A DNA stretch of 64,000 nucleotides. It comes from an uncultured Methanomicrobiales archaeon (GTDB lineage Archaea; Halobacteriota; Methanomicrobia; Methanomicrobiales; Methanospirillaceae). Below are positions 54,080 through 64,000 of the stretch, one piece after another. Where the stretch lies: the NCBI GenBank assembly GCA_963697895.1, contig OY969100.1:1664001-1728000 (forward strand), written 5' to 3'. The notes beneath the pieces were generated by a model. It saw only the letters and a program-made list of their open reading frames with translations, was not told where the DNA came from and searched no databases. How positions within the stretch are numbered: position 1 is the first letter of the stretch; the number at the start of each line of letters is the position of its first letter. Position numbers and translations under genes: made by a program.

Positions 54080-54472
54080 ATGAGATGACATGTCCCATAA
54101 GAAATAATAAAGATTCCCACAAAAGCGAATCAGCGAATATTTGTACAGATTTAGGAGGAGACATTGTGAGTTTTTTGCCCGGGTACTCGATGCGCATCCT
54201 CTGTTCCCGGGACCGCTAATTAATTTGACGTAACGATATGAGACAAGGGGAACTCCGGACATCTGGACGGTTGGACGGGATCTATAAAAATACGCCACAG
54301 AACTGTGCCATGGCGCCATGCGTAAATAATATGCTCATTAATATGAGAAGATGACACGTATCATTTCCGATCAAATGCTCCGCATGCATCATGACAGGAA
54401 TGTGCGTTCCGGTACGTGGGGCCTGAAATTTCACCGCACGATGACGAAAAAGCGGTAAATACCATTATGCCT

Positions 54473-54667
54473 TCAGGAAACCCTCATAATCCACCGCGGA
54501 GCAATTGCCTTTGTTGGACAGAAAGCCTGGCAGTGGAAACACCCGATACAGATATTCTCATGTGTGGCGTGCGCTTTTCCGTGTTTCATCTCAAATACCC
54601 CCATGGAGCATTTTTTTTCGCAATCCCCGCACCCGTTGCAGAAGATATGATCGATGTACACCTCCAT
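54473..54667 (-). CDS. Small 2[4Fe-4S] ferredoxin
   Basis: CNGCGDCEKKC and CIGCFHCQAFCP motifs; likely ATG at 54667. Confidence 0.85.
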   Translation of the reverse strand: MEVYIDHIFCNGCGDCEKKCSMGVFEMKHGKAHATHENICIGCFHCQAFCPTKAIAPRWIMRVS

Positions 54668-54813
54668 CTGTATAGTTGGGGAAGGGATGGTAAGCATATC
54701 TGGGTCCTCACCCCGGACTTATGGCATGATGGTATAAAAGAATCCGCTCTTGGAAGAATATTGAGGATCGCCCCGCATGCAAAAATCCGTAAGAAGGAAT
54801 AATGGAACTGCAA

Positions 54814-55290
54814 TCAGGAATCATCGGTATTCTTCTTTCGCGGGGGCTGATTGATCATATGCCAGTATTGGCCGAGCTCGCGGATCACATTTGCAAATTG
54901 ATCGAACTGCACGGGTTTGACTATGTAACTGTTGACGCCAAGATTATAACTCTCCACAATATCCCGCTCTTCGCTTGACGAGGTGAGGACGACAACCGGT
55001 ATCGTGCAGGTCACGGGATTTTTTTTAATCCTTCGGAGAACTTCGATCCCGTTTATCTTGGGGAGTTTGAGGTCGAGAAGAATAACATTCGGGATATCCT
55101 CCACATTTCTTCCGGAATAGGCCCCCGTGCCGAATATATAATCAAGGGCTTCGGCTCCATCCCATGCCACATGAACACGTTCTTTCAGGTTGCACCATTG
55201 AAATACATGGAGGATCAATTCGACATCGTTGGGATTGTCCTCCACGAGGAGTATCTCAATGGGTCCACCCTGGTCAGTCATTAACTTCAT
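54814..55290 (-). CDS. Single-domain response regulator (Rcp1-like receiver)
   Basis: ILLVEDNPND, ILLDLKLPKING (phospho-Asp), VVLTSS, SYIVKP; no output domain. Confidence 0.92.
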   Translation of the reverse strand: MKLMTDQGGPIEILLVEDNPNDVELILHVFQWCNLKERVHVAWDGAEALDYIFGTGAYSGRNVEDIPNVILLDLKLPKINGIEVLRRIKKNPVTCTIPVVVLTSSSEERDIVESYNLGVNSYIVKPVQFDQFANVIRELGQYWHMINQPPRKKNTDDS

Positions 55291-57591
55291 ATTCCCCCGA
55301 GAGTGAAGAAAAAGGTTGTGCCCCGGTCAATCGCGGAGTTAACCCAGATCTCCCCCCCATGTCGCTGAATAATCCGCTGCACAATAGCGAGACCGACTCC
55401 GGTCCCCTCGTATTCGTCACTGTTGTTCAGTCGCTGGAATACCCCGAAAACAGAATCCGCGTATTGCATATCAAATCCGACTCCATTATCCTGCACGAAA
55501 TAAACCGACTGGCCATCTTTCCAGGACGAACCGATCTCAATCAGGGCTTTTTCGCGTTTTCGGGTAAATTTCAGGGCATTTGAAATCAGGTTTACATACA
55601 CCTGCTTAAGGAGCACAGGATCGACATAACACACGGGGAGGTCTCCGATCCGGATCTCCACCGATCTCCTCTCCTGTTCACTCCTCAATTCATCCAGCGC
55701 TTCACGGACTGCAGGTTCCGGTGCAACAATTTGTTTGTTCAGGGGTTGACGGCTCATTCTTGAGAAATTGAGGAGATCGTCGATCAGATAACTCATATGG
55801 CGGGTATTTTGGCGAACTTTATTCAGGTACCGTTGCGCATCGGGAGGAAGTGATGTCAGGAATTCCTCTATCAGGATCAGGGAGAATCCATCAATTGCCC
55901 GCAAGGGGGCGCGGAGATCATGCGAGACCGTATAGCTGAAAGACTCAAGTTCCTTATTGGCAGACTCCAATTCCGCAGTTCTTTCCCTGACCCGTTGTTC
56001 CAGTTCCTCGTTGAGCATCCGGTATTTTTCCTCACTTTGTTTTAACGCGTCTTCCGCCTGTTTCTGATCGGTTATATCGCGGCCGACAGACTGGTATTCG
56101 AGGAGTACCCCGGTATCGTTGAAAATCGCACTATCATTCCATTGCTGCCACCTGACCCTGCCATCAGGTGTGATGATACGGTGTTCGATGGTACCGGCGG
56201 GATTTTCCCGGGAGAGTGATAACAGGTGAGTTCGTATCATTTCTCTTTCTGAGCCGGGATACCGTACCCGGGATCGGTGCCCGATAATATCGGTACATTG
56301 CACCCCAAAATAACGGCAGTAGGCATCGTTCACGAACGTTATAGTTCCATCGGGAAGGAATCGGGCGATAAATTCATTCTGACTGTGAACAACGGCCCGG
56401 TACCGCTCCTCACTGGACTTGAGGTGAACCTCACTATCCTGCAGCCTCAAAATGGCGGTTTTTAATGTGGATACCATGGTATTGATGCTCCGCTCGAGAA
56501 TCGCAAACTCTCTTCCCCTTGTCGGTGATATGGTGTGGTCCAGATCGCCCTTCGCGATCTGATCGACATCATCCACGATACCCCTTATCGGACGGGTCAG
56601 GTATCGCGAAACCACCGTCGCGATACTAAGACCGATGAGAAGTGCAATCGCCGCGACAAATATATGGAATAGCACGAGATTGTTGAGACGGGTCTGCACT
56701 AAGGCATTGTCATATGTTAATTCAACAACAAGACTCATATCTGCCGCATATTCAGGATCAGTGAGATTTATGAATAGGTATTTAATTTTAGTATCAGTCT
56801 CTGCATTGAAGAATTCGATGCTTGTACGATCCTGAAAGATATGATCCAGGGTCGTTGACAGCTGGGTATCCGGAACATCAGCTCTTATTTCCCACCAGAC
56901 GCTTCGCGGTGGTGAAGATACGGACGTTTTTCACGTACGGATTCTGGAGCGCGATTGCCTCAATTCCATCGGTGTACCGGAGGGTATTTCTATCCGCTTT
57001 AAACTCATCCCCGGGAAGGCCAAGTTCGAGAAGATACCGGTGATCCGATGTGGGCGTGTAAGCAAATTTTCTGATTTTGCCCGTATTTATCTCCTGGACC
57101 ACCCGGTCAGGAAAGAATCCCTCAGATAACCGCATCTCGGTTATATAATCGTAGAAGTACGGTGCGGTTGTCTTGAAGTCAAGGCCAAGATCCGGGGTAT
57201 ACGTAGTATACTCGACCACCCCTGATTCATTGATGATATAGAGGTCCATTTTTCCGCCAAGCCGCTGCTTCAGGCCCGCAAGGTCCATCCGGGCGGGGTT
57301 CCCGCCCGATTCCTTGTATCCCTGCGAAAATTGGACAAATCCCTGCTGCATCTGCTGGTTGAGGGTATTGTCAAACAGCTTGAGCCCGGTATCGATCAGG
57401 TGAACCGAATTTTCGATGTTACTCTCTGTCTGGTTTTGGAGCAGAAGTGCATCATTCTGGAATGTGATCTCGGCATTGTTATAATCGACAATGGCAATAC
57501 CGACAACAATTGCCAGAATGAGGAGAAAGGTAAACCCGAGGAGATAATGTGAAAATGGAGATTGCTTCTTTGGCGAATTCATAATATTCAT
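55287..57591 (-). CDS. Membrane sensor histidine kinase (extracellular sensor-HAMP-PAS-HisKA-HATPase); apparent +1 indel at about 56879
   Basis: ORF 56878-57591 (TM plus extracellular domain) joins an open frame running from 56879 into ORF 55287-56738 (TM, HAMP, PAS, SHDLRAPL, NLISNALKF, DNGVG, GTGVGL). Confidence 0.88.
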
Positions 57592-57793
57592 TCCCCCTCA
57601 GGTCATCCTCGCAAATCGGAGATGGCCCGGTTCCCCAAACCCGGTATGGTGTATTCTGGTCACTTATTATAAAAAGGATGCAGTCCTGGCATCAGTCATA
57701 AAAACAACTGTTGGAGAGGGGAAAAATATGTCTCATGAGCAGGAATAGAGGATAATAATCTTTTTCGCTGGGGACACGGTATAACACCATTAT

Positions 57794-59938
57794 ATGATCT
57801 TGGATGAGGATAAGATCACCAGGATAAAGAAACTATTAAAGTCCCGGCCGAAAGGTCTTACCATCTCTGATATATCACAGATTTTGAAGATTAACCGGAA
57901 CTCGGTTGCCAAATATCTTGAAATCCTGCTTATCACGGGACATGTCGAGATGCGGGCATATGGAAACGCAAAGGTGTATTATCTCTCGCAACGGGTTCCT
58001 TTTTCAGCGATGCTCCGGTTTGCCTCTGATCTTATCATGGTCGTCGACAGTGAAATGAAAATAATGGATATTAACGATCATTTTCTCTTATTCTTCTCTG
58101 CCGAGCGCGGGGATCTTATTGGGATGGATATCCGGGAGTTCTCCTACCCGCCATTGACTGATCCAAAATTCCATCAGTTCCTCGAGAGAGCACAGCGACA
58201 GGAGGAAGTAGTTGAGGAGATTGGGCTTAAAAAGGAGGGAGAAGAACGGTTCTTCAGGATCAAGATTGTACCGACGGTATTCGATGATGGATCCCGGGGG
58301 TGGACGCTGATCCTGGAAGATATCTCCCTGCAGAAACGGTACGAGGAAAAACTCCGGATGAACGAGGCCCGGTATCGTGCCATCGTTGAGGACCAGACCG
58401 AGATGATCTGCCGGTTCCTCCCGGATGGGACGGTCACTTTTGTAAACGAATCGCTCTCCCGGTATTTTGGTATGATCCCGAAGAATTTAGTCGGAAAGAG
58501 TTTCCTCTCGTTTATCCACGAGGAAGACCGGGAGAAACTCATGGCAGGAATTTCTCAGTTATCTCCTGCCAACCCGATCATGACGATCGAAGATCGTGTC
58601 ATACTCCCTAACGGGACTCACCGATGGAACCAATGGACCAACCGGGCTCTGTTCGATGAAGAAACGGTGGTTGAATACCAGGGGGTCGGGCGGGACATCA
58701 CGGATCAGAAAATCGTCGAAAGGGAATTGATCATCAAAGATAGCGCGATAGCCTCTTCAATCAACGGGATTGGAATTGCGGACCTGAATGGAAGGGTCAC
58801 GTACGCAAACCGGGCCTTCCTCCGGATGTTCGGATATGAAGACGATAGGGAAGTTCTTCAAAAACCCATCGAATTCTTCGCTCATGGAGATCGTGTTGAA
58901 TCCAGTGTGATCGATGAAGTCATGTGCTCGCTTCGGCGAAAGGAGGGATGGATCGGCGAAATCCACCCGAGGAGGTCTGATGGCACCGGTTTCGACGCCC
59001 AATTAACAGCGAATATCGTCACCGATTCGGCCGGGCAGCCACTCTGCCTGATGGCGTCTATTCAGGATATCACAGAGCGGAAAAGGGCCGAACGCGAGCT
59101 CCGGATGAAAGAGACCGCGATCTCATCAGCGATAAATGGAATTGCCCTATTTGACACCGACGCCTTTCTGATCTATGCAAACCGGGCATTTCAGAAGATG
59201 TTTGGGTATACCGACAACGATGAGATCATTGGCAGGCCCGATGAATGGTTTGCCCACGAGGATCGGGAGACACTCAATGTAATCAGGAATCTTAAAGATT
59301 CCGTGATGAGAGAAGCGTCCTGGATCGGGGATGTACGACTTCGCTCCCGGAATGGATCGCGGCTGTATGTGCAGATAACGGCATCTCTCGTGAAGGATGA
59401 AAACGAAATACCTATCTGCACCATGCTCTCCATCGTGGATAATACCAGCCAGAAGCGGATTGAAGAGGCGCTGAGAACGACCTACGATAAACTTCAGGAT
59501 GCGATCGAATTCATGCCGGATCCGACATTTATCGTTGACCGGGATAACCGGGTTATCGCGTGGAACCGGGCCCTCGAAAAACTCACGGGCGTAAAAAAAG
59601 ATTATATTCTCGGAAAAGCGGATTACCAGAAGGCATTTCAATTTTATCAGGGGGTCAGGCCGGTGCTGGTAGACCTGATCGGCATGCCTTCACAGGAGAT
59701 CGACCGGTCGTACCCTCAGGTCAGACGATTCGGAGACGATATATTCGTTGAGGCATTCATACCAGGCCTGAACGCGGGAAAGGGAGGGTATATGTGGGGT
59801 AAAGCATCTCCGCTCATGGATCAGGATGGCAACCGTATTGGTGCGATAGAGTCGGTGCGTGACATAACCGAATGGAAACGGGCGGAAGAATCTCTCCGGC
59901 AGTCAGGCAGCAGGAAAGGTGGACAAAGCGAGTCCTGA
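57794..59938 (+). CDS. N-terminal winged-HTH plus about five PAS/PAC domains (one-component sensor, no kinase domain)
   Basis: GLTISDISQILKINRNSVAKYLEIL HTH; repeated PAS/PAC blocks ending EDIS, RDIT, QDIT, VDNT, RDIT; no H/N/G boxes. Confidence 0.85.
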   Translation: MILDEDKITRIKKLLKSRPKGLTISDISQILKINRNSVAKYLEILLITGHVEMRAYGNAKVYYLSQRVPFSAMLRFASDLIMVVDSEMKIMDINDHFLLFFSAERGDLIGMDIREFSYPPLTDPKFHQFLERAQRQEEVVEEIGLKKEGEERFFRIKIVPTVFDDGSRGWTLILEDISLQKRYEEKLRMNEARYRAIVEDQTEMICRFLPDGTVTFVNESLSRYFGMIPKNLVGKSFLSFIHEEDREKLMAGISQLSPANPIMTIEDRVILPNGTHRWNQWTNRALFDEETVVEYQGVGRDITDQKIVERELIIKDSAIASSINGIGIADLNGRVTYANRAFLRMFGYEDDREVLQKPIEFFAHGDRVESSVIDEVMCSLRRKEGWIGEIHPRRSDGTGFDAQLTANIVTDSAGQPLCLMASIQDITERKRAERELRMKETAISSAINGIALFDTDAFLIYANRAFQKMFGYTDNDEIIGRPDEWFAHEDRETLNVIRNLKDSVMREASWIGDVRLRSRNGSRLYVQITASLVKDENEIPICTMLSIVDNTSQKRIEEALRTTYDKLQDAIEFMPDPTFIVDRDNRVIAWNRALEKLTGVKKDYILGKADYQKAFQFYQGVRPVLVDLIGMPSQEIDRSYPQVRRFGDDIFVEAFIPGLNAGKGGYMWGKASPLMDQDGNRIGAIESVRDITEWKRAEESLRQSGSRKGGQSES

Positions 59939-60012
59939 TTCATTTTTTCCTGAAACTAATCACTTCGAATGTATGGGTGTGCCCTGGAACCGATGGGAAA
60001 ACAAGGACTGTT

Positions 60013-60504
60013 TCATAAATATTCTGCCTGGATTTCGATGACTTCTCGACTGTCGCAGGCTGCAGCATAACGCGAAAGCAGTTCAGCATTGAGCTCGAGA
60101 AACCTGATGCCCCAGGAAAACGGCTCGAGAAGATGCAAAGCCTGGGCTTTTTCTCCAAGGATACAGAGTGCCGCCGCACATGCCTCCACCGAGGTGAGTC
60201 TGAATGGGCGGCCGAAATTTACCGGGTTGGCTGCGACAAGATATGGGAGGGCTCGATGTCTCCGGACCTTCTGAAGGGAGATCGTCTCAAGCACCTCCCA
60301 TGAGCAATCCAGTACCGTGATGGAGCGGACGGGGAGGTCTGCAGCCGACAGTGCCTGTTCCGCCGCGGGATCGAGGAGGAGGGTATTGCAGGGGATCCGG
60401 GAAGATTTTGCAATGACTGCAATCAAACCTGCTCTTTCCAGTTTCTTTACCGTACACTTACGCGGATCGCAGCTGTTATCCCGGAAAGAATAGAGAGGGA
60501 TCAT
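60013..60504 (-). CDS. tsr3: 16S rRNA aminocarboxypropyltransferase Tsr3 (DUF367)
   Basis: CDPRKCT..KL, LDCSW, RALPYLVAANPVNFGRP..L...EA, F.WG..FLELN. Confidence 0.92.
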   Translation of the reverse strand: MIPLYSFRDNSCDPRKCTVKKLERAGLIAVIAKSSRIPCNTLLLDPAAEQALSAADLPVRSITVLDCSWEVLETISLQKVRRHRALPYLVAANPVNFGRPFRLTSVEACAAALCILGEKAQALHLLEPFSWGIRFLELNAELLSRYAAACDSREVIEIQAEYL

Positions 60505-60534
60505 CTATCTTCTGTGAGCACCCACGATCTATCA

Positions 60535-61407
60535 ATGTATGTACTGATCTGTCCGTGCATCCTCAATCCCTCCCTGCGTGCCCGGGGAATCACCAGTCCC
60601 GTCGACAGGCAATTGTTTGAACGTGCAATCGAGCGGTGCAGAATATTTCACCTAGAGATTGTTCCCCTGCCTTGCACTGAAACGCTCTATCTCGGTAATG
60701 ATCGTCCACCGGGCACCTTTCTCGAACGTTTGAATACGAGTGATTTTTTCCAGCTCATGGATCGTCTGGAGGAAGATGTCCGGGATACGATTCGCAGACG
60801 CGGTCCTCCCCTTTGTATTATCGGGGTAAATTCTTCCCCGACCTGCGGGGTCACTAAAACCTATTACGGGAGTTCGGGAGAAGGTCCTGAAAAGAGGGAA
60901 GGACGCGGGGTATTTTTAGACCGGTTTCCTGAAATCGGGGCAATGGATGTCGCAGATTTTGCGGCATACCGGATTTATATCGCGGCACCCCTGTTTTCGG
61001 AGGCAGAAAAGTCCTACAATCTCCAGATCTCAAACCTCCTTACGAAGCACCTGTTTGAGACATACCTCCCGCAGACGATAGGGGACGATACTCAGTGTCG
61101 CGGGAAAGCCGCCCACCAGGAGATATTCCGGGCACATCTGCATGCACTGGCAAGGACAGATATCGTGGTAGCGATAATCGATGGTGCAGATGCAGACTCG
61201 GGGACAGCATGGGAGATGGGATATGCGTATGCCCGCGGCATTCCGGTCGTTGGGTTGAGAACAGATTTTCGTATGGCAGGCGACCACGAACGGGTCAATC
61301 TCATGCTCGAACAGGCTTCCCGGGTAATCAGCAGGAAGGAAGAACTCCCCATGATGTTAAAATCCCCCTGTTCCTGTCATCGGGGTTTGCCGGAAAAACC
61401 CGAATAA
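60535..61407 (+). CDS. Fusion of a DUF523/TudS-like domain and a nucleoside 2-deoxyribosyltransferase-like domain
   Basis: N-domain CPCILN, PLPCTE, SPTCG, GRGVF; C-domain IYIAAPLFSEAE, YLPQ, DSGTAWEMGYAYARGIPV, NLML. Confidence 0.8.
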   Translation: MYVLICPCILNPSLRARGITSPVDRQLFERAIERCRIFHLEIVPLPCTETLYLGNDRPPGTFLERLNTSDFFQLMDRLEEDVRDTIRRRGPPLCIIGVNSSPTCGVTKTYYGSSGEGPEKREGRGVFLDRFPEIGAMDVADFAAYRIYIAAPLFSEAEKSYNLQISNLLTKHLFETYLPQTIGDDTQCRGKAAHQEIFRAHLHALARTDIVVAIIDGADADSGTAWEMGYAYARGIPVVGLRTDFRMAGDHERVNLMLEQASRVISRKEELPMMLKSPCSCHRGLPEKPE

Positions 61408-61524
61408 CCCTGATTTTCGACGGGTTTTCCATGAGTTTTTGAAGTTCTCCCCGAAATGGGGAGAAACCGGCGAATTACGGGGTGAAGAATAATGATATTC
61501 CCCTTCATCCAATCTATAGTGATC

Positions 61525-62496
61525 ATGCCTAATCTCAACGTGGCGGTAATCGGTCCGGCTGGATATGCTCAACAGATGGGTAAGAAAGGTACGGAATCAG
61601 ATATTACGTTTTATAATCTGAAACGGGACGAAGCAACCCTCACTTTGGTTGAACCAACCCGGTACCCGGAAAAGCTGGCATCTCTCTTCTTTGCGGTCTC
61701 CCTGGCCGACACGATCATTCTCGTAGTTGAAGAGATCGGCCCTGCCTTTGGCGAATGTGTTCTTATGCTTGATTGTGCGGACAAAAAGAATGGCATCATG
61801 GTACTTCGGAATTTTATCTCTGCCGACCAGATCATCCCATTGACCAGTGGTACCATAGTTGCTGGATACGAGATCATCGGGGACGATCCGCGATTGATTC
61901 GGGAACGTCTTCTTACGGAAGCCTCTAATATCCGGACAAATGACCTGCCGGCAGGAATTGCATCAACCGGGGTGGTTCCGATCGATCAGTTCTTCGCAGT
62001 CAAAGGAATCGGGACCGTGGTACTCGGGATAGTTTCCTCCGGAGTTATCAGACGACATGATACGCTCAGGGTGTACCCGACTGCAAAGGAAGCACTCGTC
62101 CGATCCCTGCAGAAACATGATGACGAGGCTGATCTGGCATATTCCGGGGACAGGGTCGGCATCGCACTGAAAGGGGTGGAAGTAACCGATCTCGACCGGG
62201 GATATGTGCTCTCGAATGATCCGGCGATCGTTACCTCGTCCACGCTCACGGGCAGAGGGGAGATCATCAAATACTGGCCTAACCCGATCAGGGAGGGAAT
62301 GATACTTTTCATCGGTCACTGGATGCAATTCATGCCGGCACGCGTGGCGTTTGTGGACAATGCCGGAGACTGGCGGAAGCCTCATCTGACCCTCAGGACA
62401 GATAAGGATCTGGTCTATCTTCCCGGTGCGGTTGGCATCCTGACCTATCTTGAGGGGGGCAAACTCCGGATTGTAGGGAAATTTCATCTATCCTAA
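61525..62496 (+). CDS. Archaeal SelB-like (SelBL)/EF-Tu domain 2 protein with degenerate G-domain
   Basis: GKKGTESDITFYN, YPEKL, PIDQFFAVKGIGTVVLG, VRSLQKHD, GDRVGIALK; no GxxxxGK[ST]. Confidence 0.82.
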   Translation: MPNLNVAVIGPAGYAQQMGKKGTESDITFYNLKRDEATLTLVEPTRYPEKLASLFFAVSLADTIILVVEEIGPAFGECVLMLDCADKKNGIMVLRNFISADQIIPLTSGTIVAGYEIIGDDPRLIRERLLTEASNIRTNDLPAGIASTGVVPIDQFFAVKGIGTVVLGIVSSGVIRRHDTLRVYPTAKEALVRSLQKHDDEADLAYSGDRVGIALKGVEVTDLDRGYVLSNDPAIVTSSTLTGRGEIIKYWPNPIREGMILFIGHWMQFMPARVAFVDNAGDWRKPHLTLRTDKDLVYLPGAVGILTYLEGGKLRIVGKFHLS

Positions 62497-62615
62497 GAAA
62501 GGTAAGCGGCCCCTCTCTTTCTCGGATCAATACTGGGGAAACCCTCTCCCGCTCGGAGGCCGCATACTTGGAATATTTAATGATATGGTACCACATTCAT
62601 TATTCAGGTGAAGAT

Positions 62616-63188
62616 ATGGCCTTGGGAGATTGGATCCCGTATATCGTCGGGGGCATCATTGTCCTTGTCATCATCGGGCTGGTCCTGTATTTTGTTGGCA
62701 TTTATAACCGGTTTTTCAGTCTGAAGAATTCATCAGAAGCAACACTGGGACAAATCCGCGTTGCAATGAAGAAACGGCTCGATATGATCGAACAGCTGCT
62801 CGGTGCAGTCAAAAGCTACGCCAAGTTCGAACGCGAAGTCTTTGAGAAAGTAACCGCTATGAGGGCGGCGGTTGGGACTGCCCCGGTCGGGGATCTGAAT
62901 CAGATTGAGGCAGAATCAAGATCTCTGATCGGCAGACTGTTTGCGGTTGCTGAAAACTACCCGGACCTCAAGACCAATACGACCGTAATACCGCTCATGG
63001 ATGCGGTCAGGAGCATCGAGGAAGAGATTGCCCGCCAGCGGTATACGTATAACAACATATCCCAGCAGTACAACACCATGGTGGACGTTATTCCCTCCAA
63101 TTTCATCGCCCGGTTGATGGCATTCTCGAAACTTCCGTACCTCGAATTTGAAGAAGCTATCCGGACACCTCCGAAGATTGAGTTCTAA
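62616..63188 (+). CDS. lemA: LemA family protein
   Basis: N-terminal TM, YN, KR.D....L...VK.YA..E, VAENYPDLK, EEEI...R..YN, P. Confidence 0.92.
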   Translation: MALGDWIPYIVGGIIVLVIIGLVLYFVGIYNRFFSLKNSSEATLGQIRVAMKKRLDMIEQLLGAVKSYAKFEREVFEKVTAMRAAVGTAPVGDLNQIEAESRSLIGRLFAVAENYPDLKTNTTVIPLMDAVRSIEEEIARQRYTYNNISQQYNTMVDVIPSNFIARLMAFSKLPYLEFEEAIRTPPKIEF

Positions 63189-63198
63189 GGGATTGCCT

Positions 63199-64000
63199 GT
63201 GAAGGAAACAAAACAACTGGCAATCCTGGTCATCATCGCCTTCATCGTCGCGGGGGTCGGGCTCAGCCTCGTATACGTCATTCCCGGTCTGATAGAGGGA
63301 GATCTCGTAATCGACTCTTATCAGGCGACCTTTTCTGATAATCTCACTCTTGTCGAGAATTATCAGTACGATGTGAAGGTTTCCGGCCAGTACCGTATGC
63401 TGTTCCGTTACTGGAATGAGCCGCTCTCCCAGACGGCACTCGATGTACCGTACATCGCCTACCTCGATATGGCCGTTCCGGCCGGGACCATCGGCTACGT
63501 CAAGAATTATCTGGGAGTCGTCACCCTGCCGGAGGGTGGCGATCCGGGCACTGCAGCCGTTATCGGACAGATGGCAGAAGACAACGAGGTCGGGATCTAT
63601 AATCCCCGCTACTTCAATTCCGGGACATACGGACCCGAGTATACATTCCAGATCCACCCCCCGGTACAATATGATACCCAGTATGCCCATCTGAACATAA
63701 AACTCGTCGATCAGCACGTCCTCTTCCGGAACGTATCTATAAGCATCCCTGCGCGATCCGTGATCCAACTCTATCCGCATCCATCCTACCTCCGCGTGGA
63801 ACCGGTTGGGGATCGTCTCCTCATCACCGGTCGGGTTGGGCCGAACGAGGTCATCGGGGTAGAGACACTCCTGAACAGGGATGCATTGGACAAAATTGAT
63901 GGGTTTCCCCAATTTGTCCCCGATGTTCAGGGAGAGACTCAGGCAGCAAACCCCTGGTACGAGAGCCTCCCCTATTTCACCGCCATGACTCTCCTGATTC
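63199..64000 (+). CDS. DUF2207-like membrane protein, 5' part (runs off the window)
   Basis: GTG start, TM helix, then L.E.Y.YDV..SGQYRMLFR.W; no in-frame stop seen by eye; typical neighbour of lemA. Confidence 0.65.
   Translation, partial: MKETKQLAILVIIAFIVAGVGLSLVYVIPGLIEGDLVIDSYQATFSDNLTLVENYQYDVKVSGQYRMLFRYWNEPLSQTALDVPYIAYLDMAVPAGTIGYVKNYLGVVTLPEGGDPGTAAVIGQMAEDNEVGIYNPRYFNSGTYGPEYTFQIHPPVQYDTQYAHLNIKLVDQHVLFRNVSISIPARSVIQLYPHPSYLRVEPVGDRLLITGRVGPNEVIGVETLLNRDALDKIDGFPQFVPDVQGETQAANPWYESLPYFTAMTLLI

Noticed and set aside
54080-54319. 80-aa N-terminal extension of GAPDH, and similar extensions for thiC, cofH, pdxT, DUF123 and YunC
   Set aside because: Family homology starts at downstream start codons; the extensions cover promoter DNA or neighbouring genes
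56878-56880. TGA as selenocysteine or readthrough in the histidine kinase
   Set aside because: The downstream coding sequence is in a different frame, so readthrough would not join the halves; the SelB-like gene lacks a functional G-domain

Overview
Core chromosomal region of a methanogenic archaeon, most likely Methanomicrobiales (Methanoregula/Methanolinea-like). This is inferred from cofH, archaeal riboflavin synthase, PolD small subunit, type II GAPDH, Cdc6/Orc1, PEGA surface proteins and multi-PAS sensors. The window holds the probable replication origin (cdc6 plus ORB repeats and an AT-rich core, about 46.5-47.3 kb). It also has arginine, riboflavin, PLP, cobalamin, thiamine, purine and F420 genes, an acs + OFA-type MFS pair, redox genes, a tyrS-rio1-dim2-hel308-cgi121 cluster and a sensor kinase/receiver/HTH-PAS locus. 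I saw no rRNA, tRNA, CRISPR array or mobile element. Seven apparent single-base frameshifts break six otherwise intact genes, and most sit at or can be repaired to AGCT, which suggests methylation-induced read errors rather than pseudogenes. The best leads are a structured leader with a uORF upstream of corA, a TudS(DUF523)-like/nucleoside deoxyribosyltransferase fusion, the AGCT indel signature, the origin architecture, a Fur-box-like palindrome array upstream of acs, and a kinase-less HTH-multi-PAS protein facing a kinase/receiver pair that has no output domain. All calls come from reading motifs by eye; no database searches were run.
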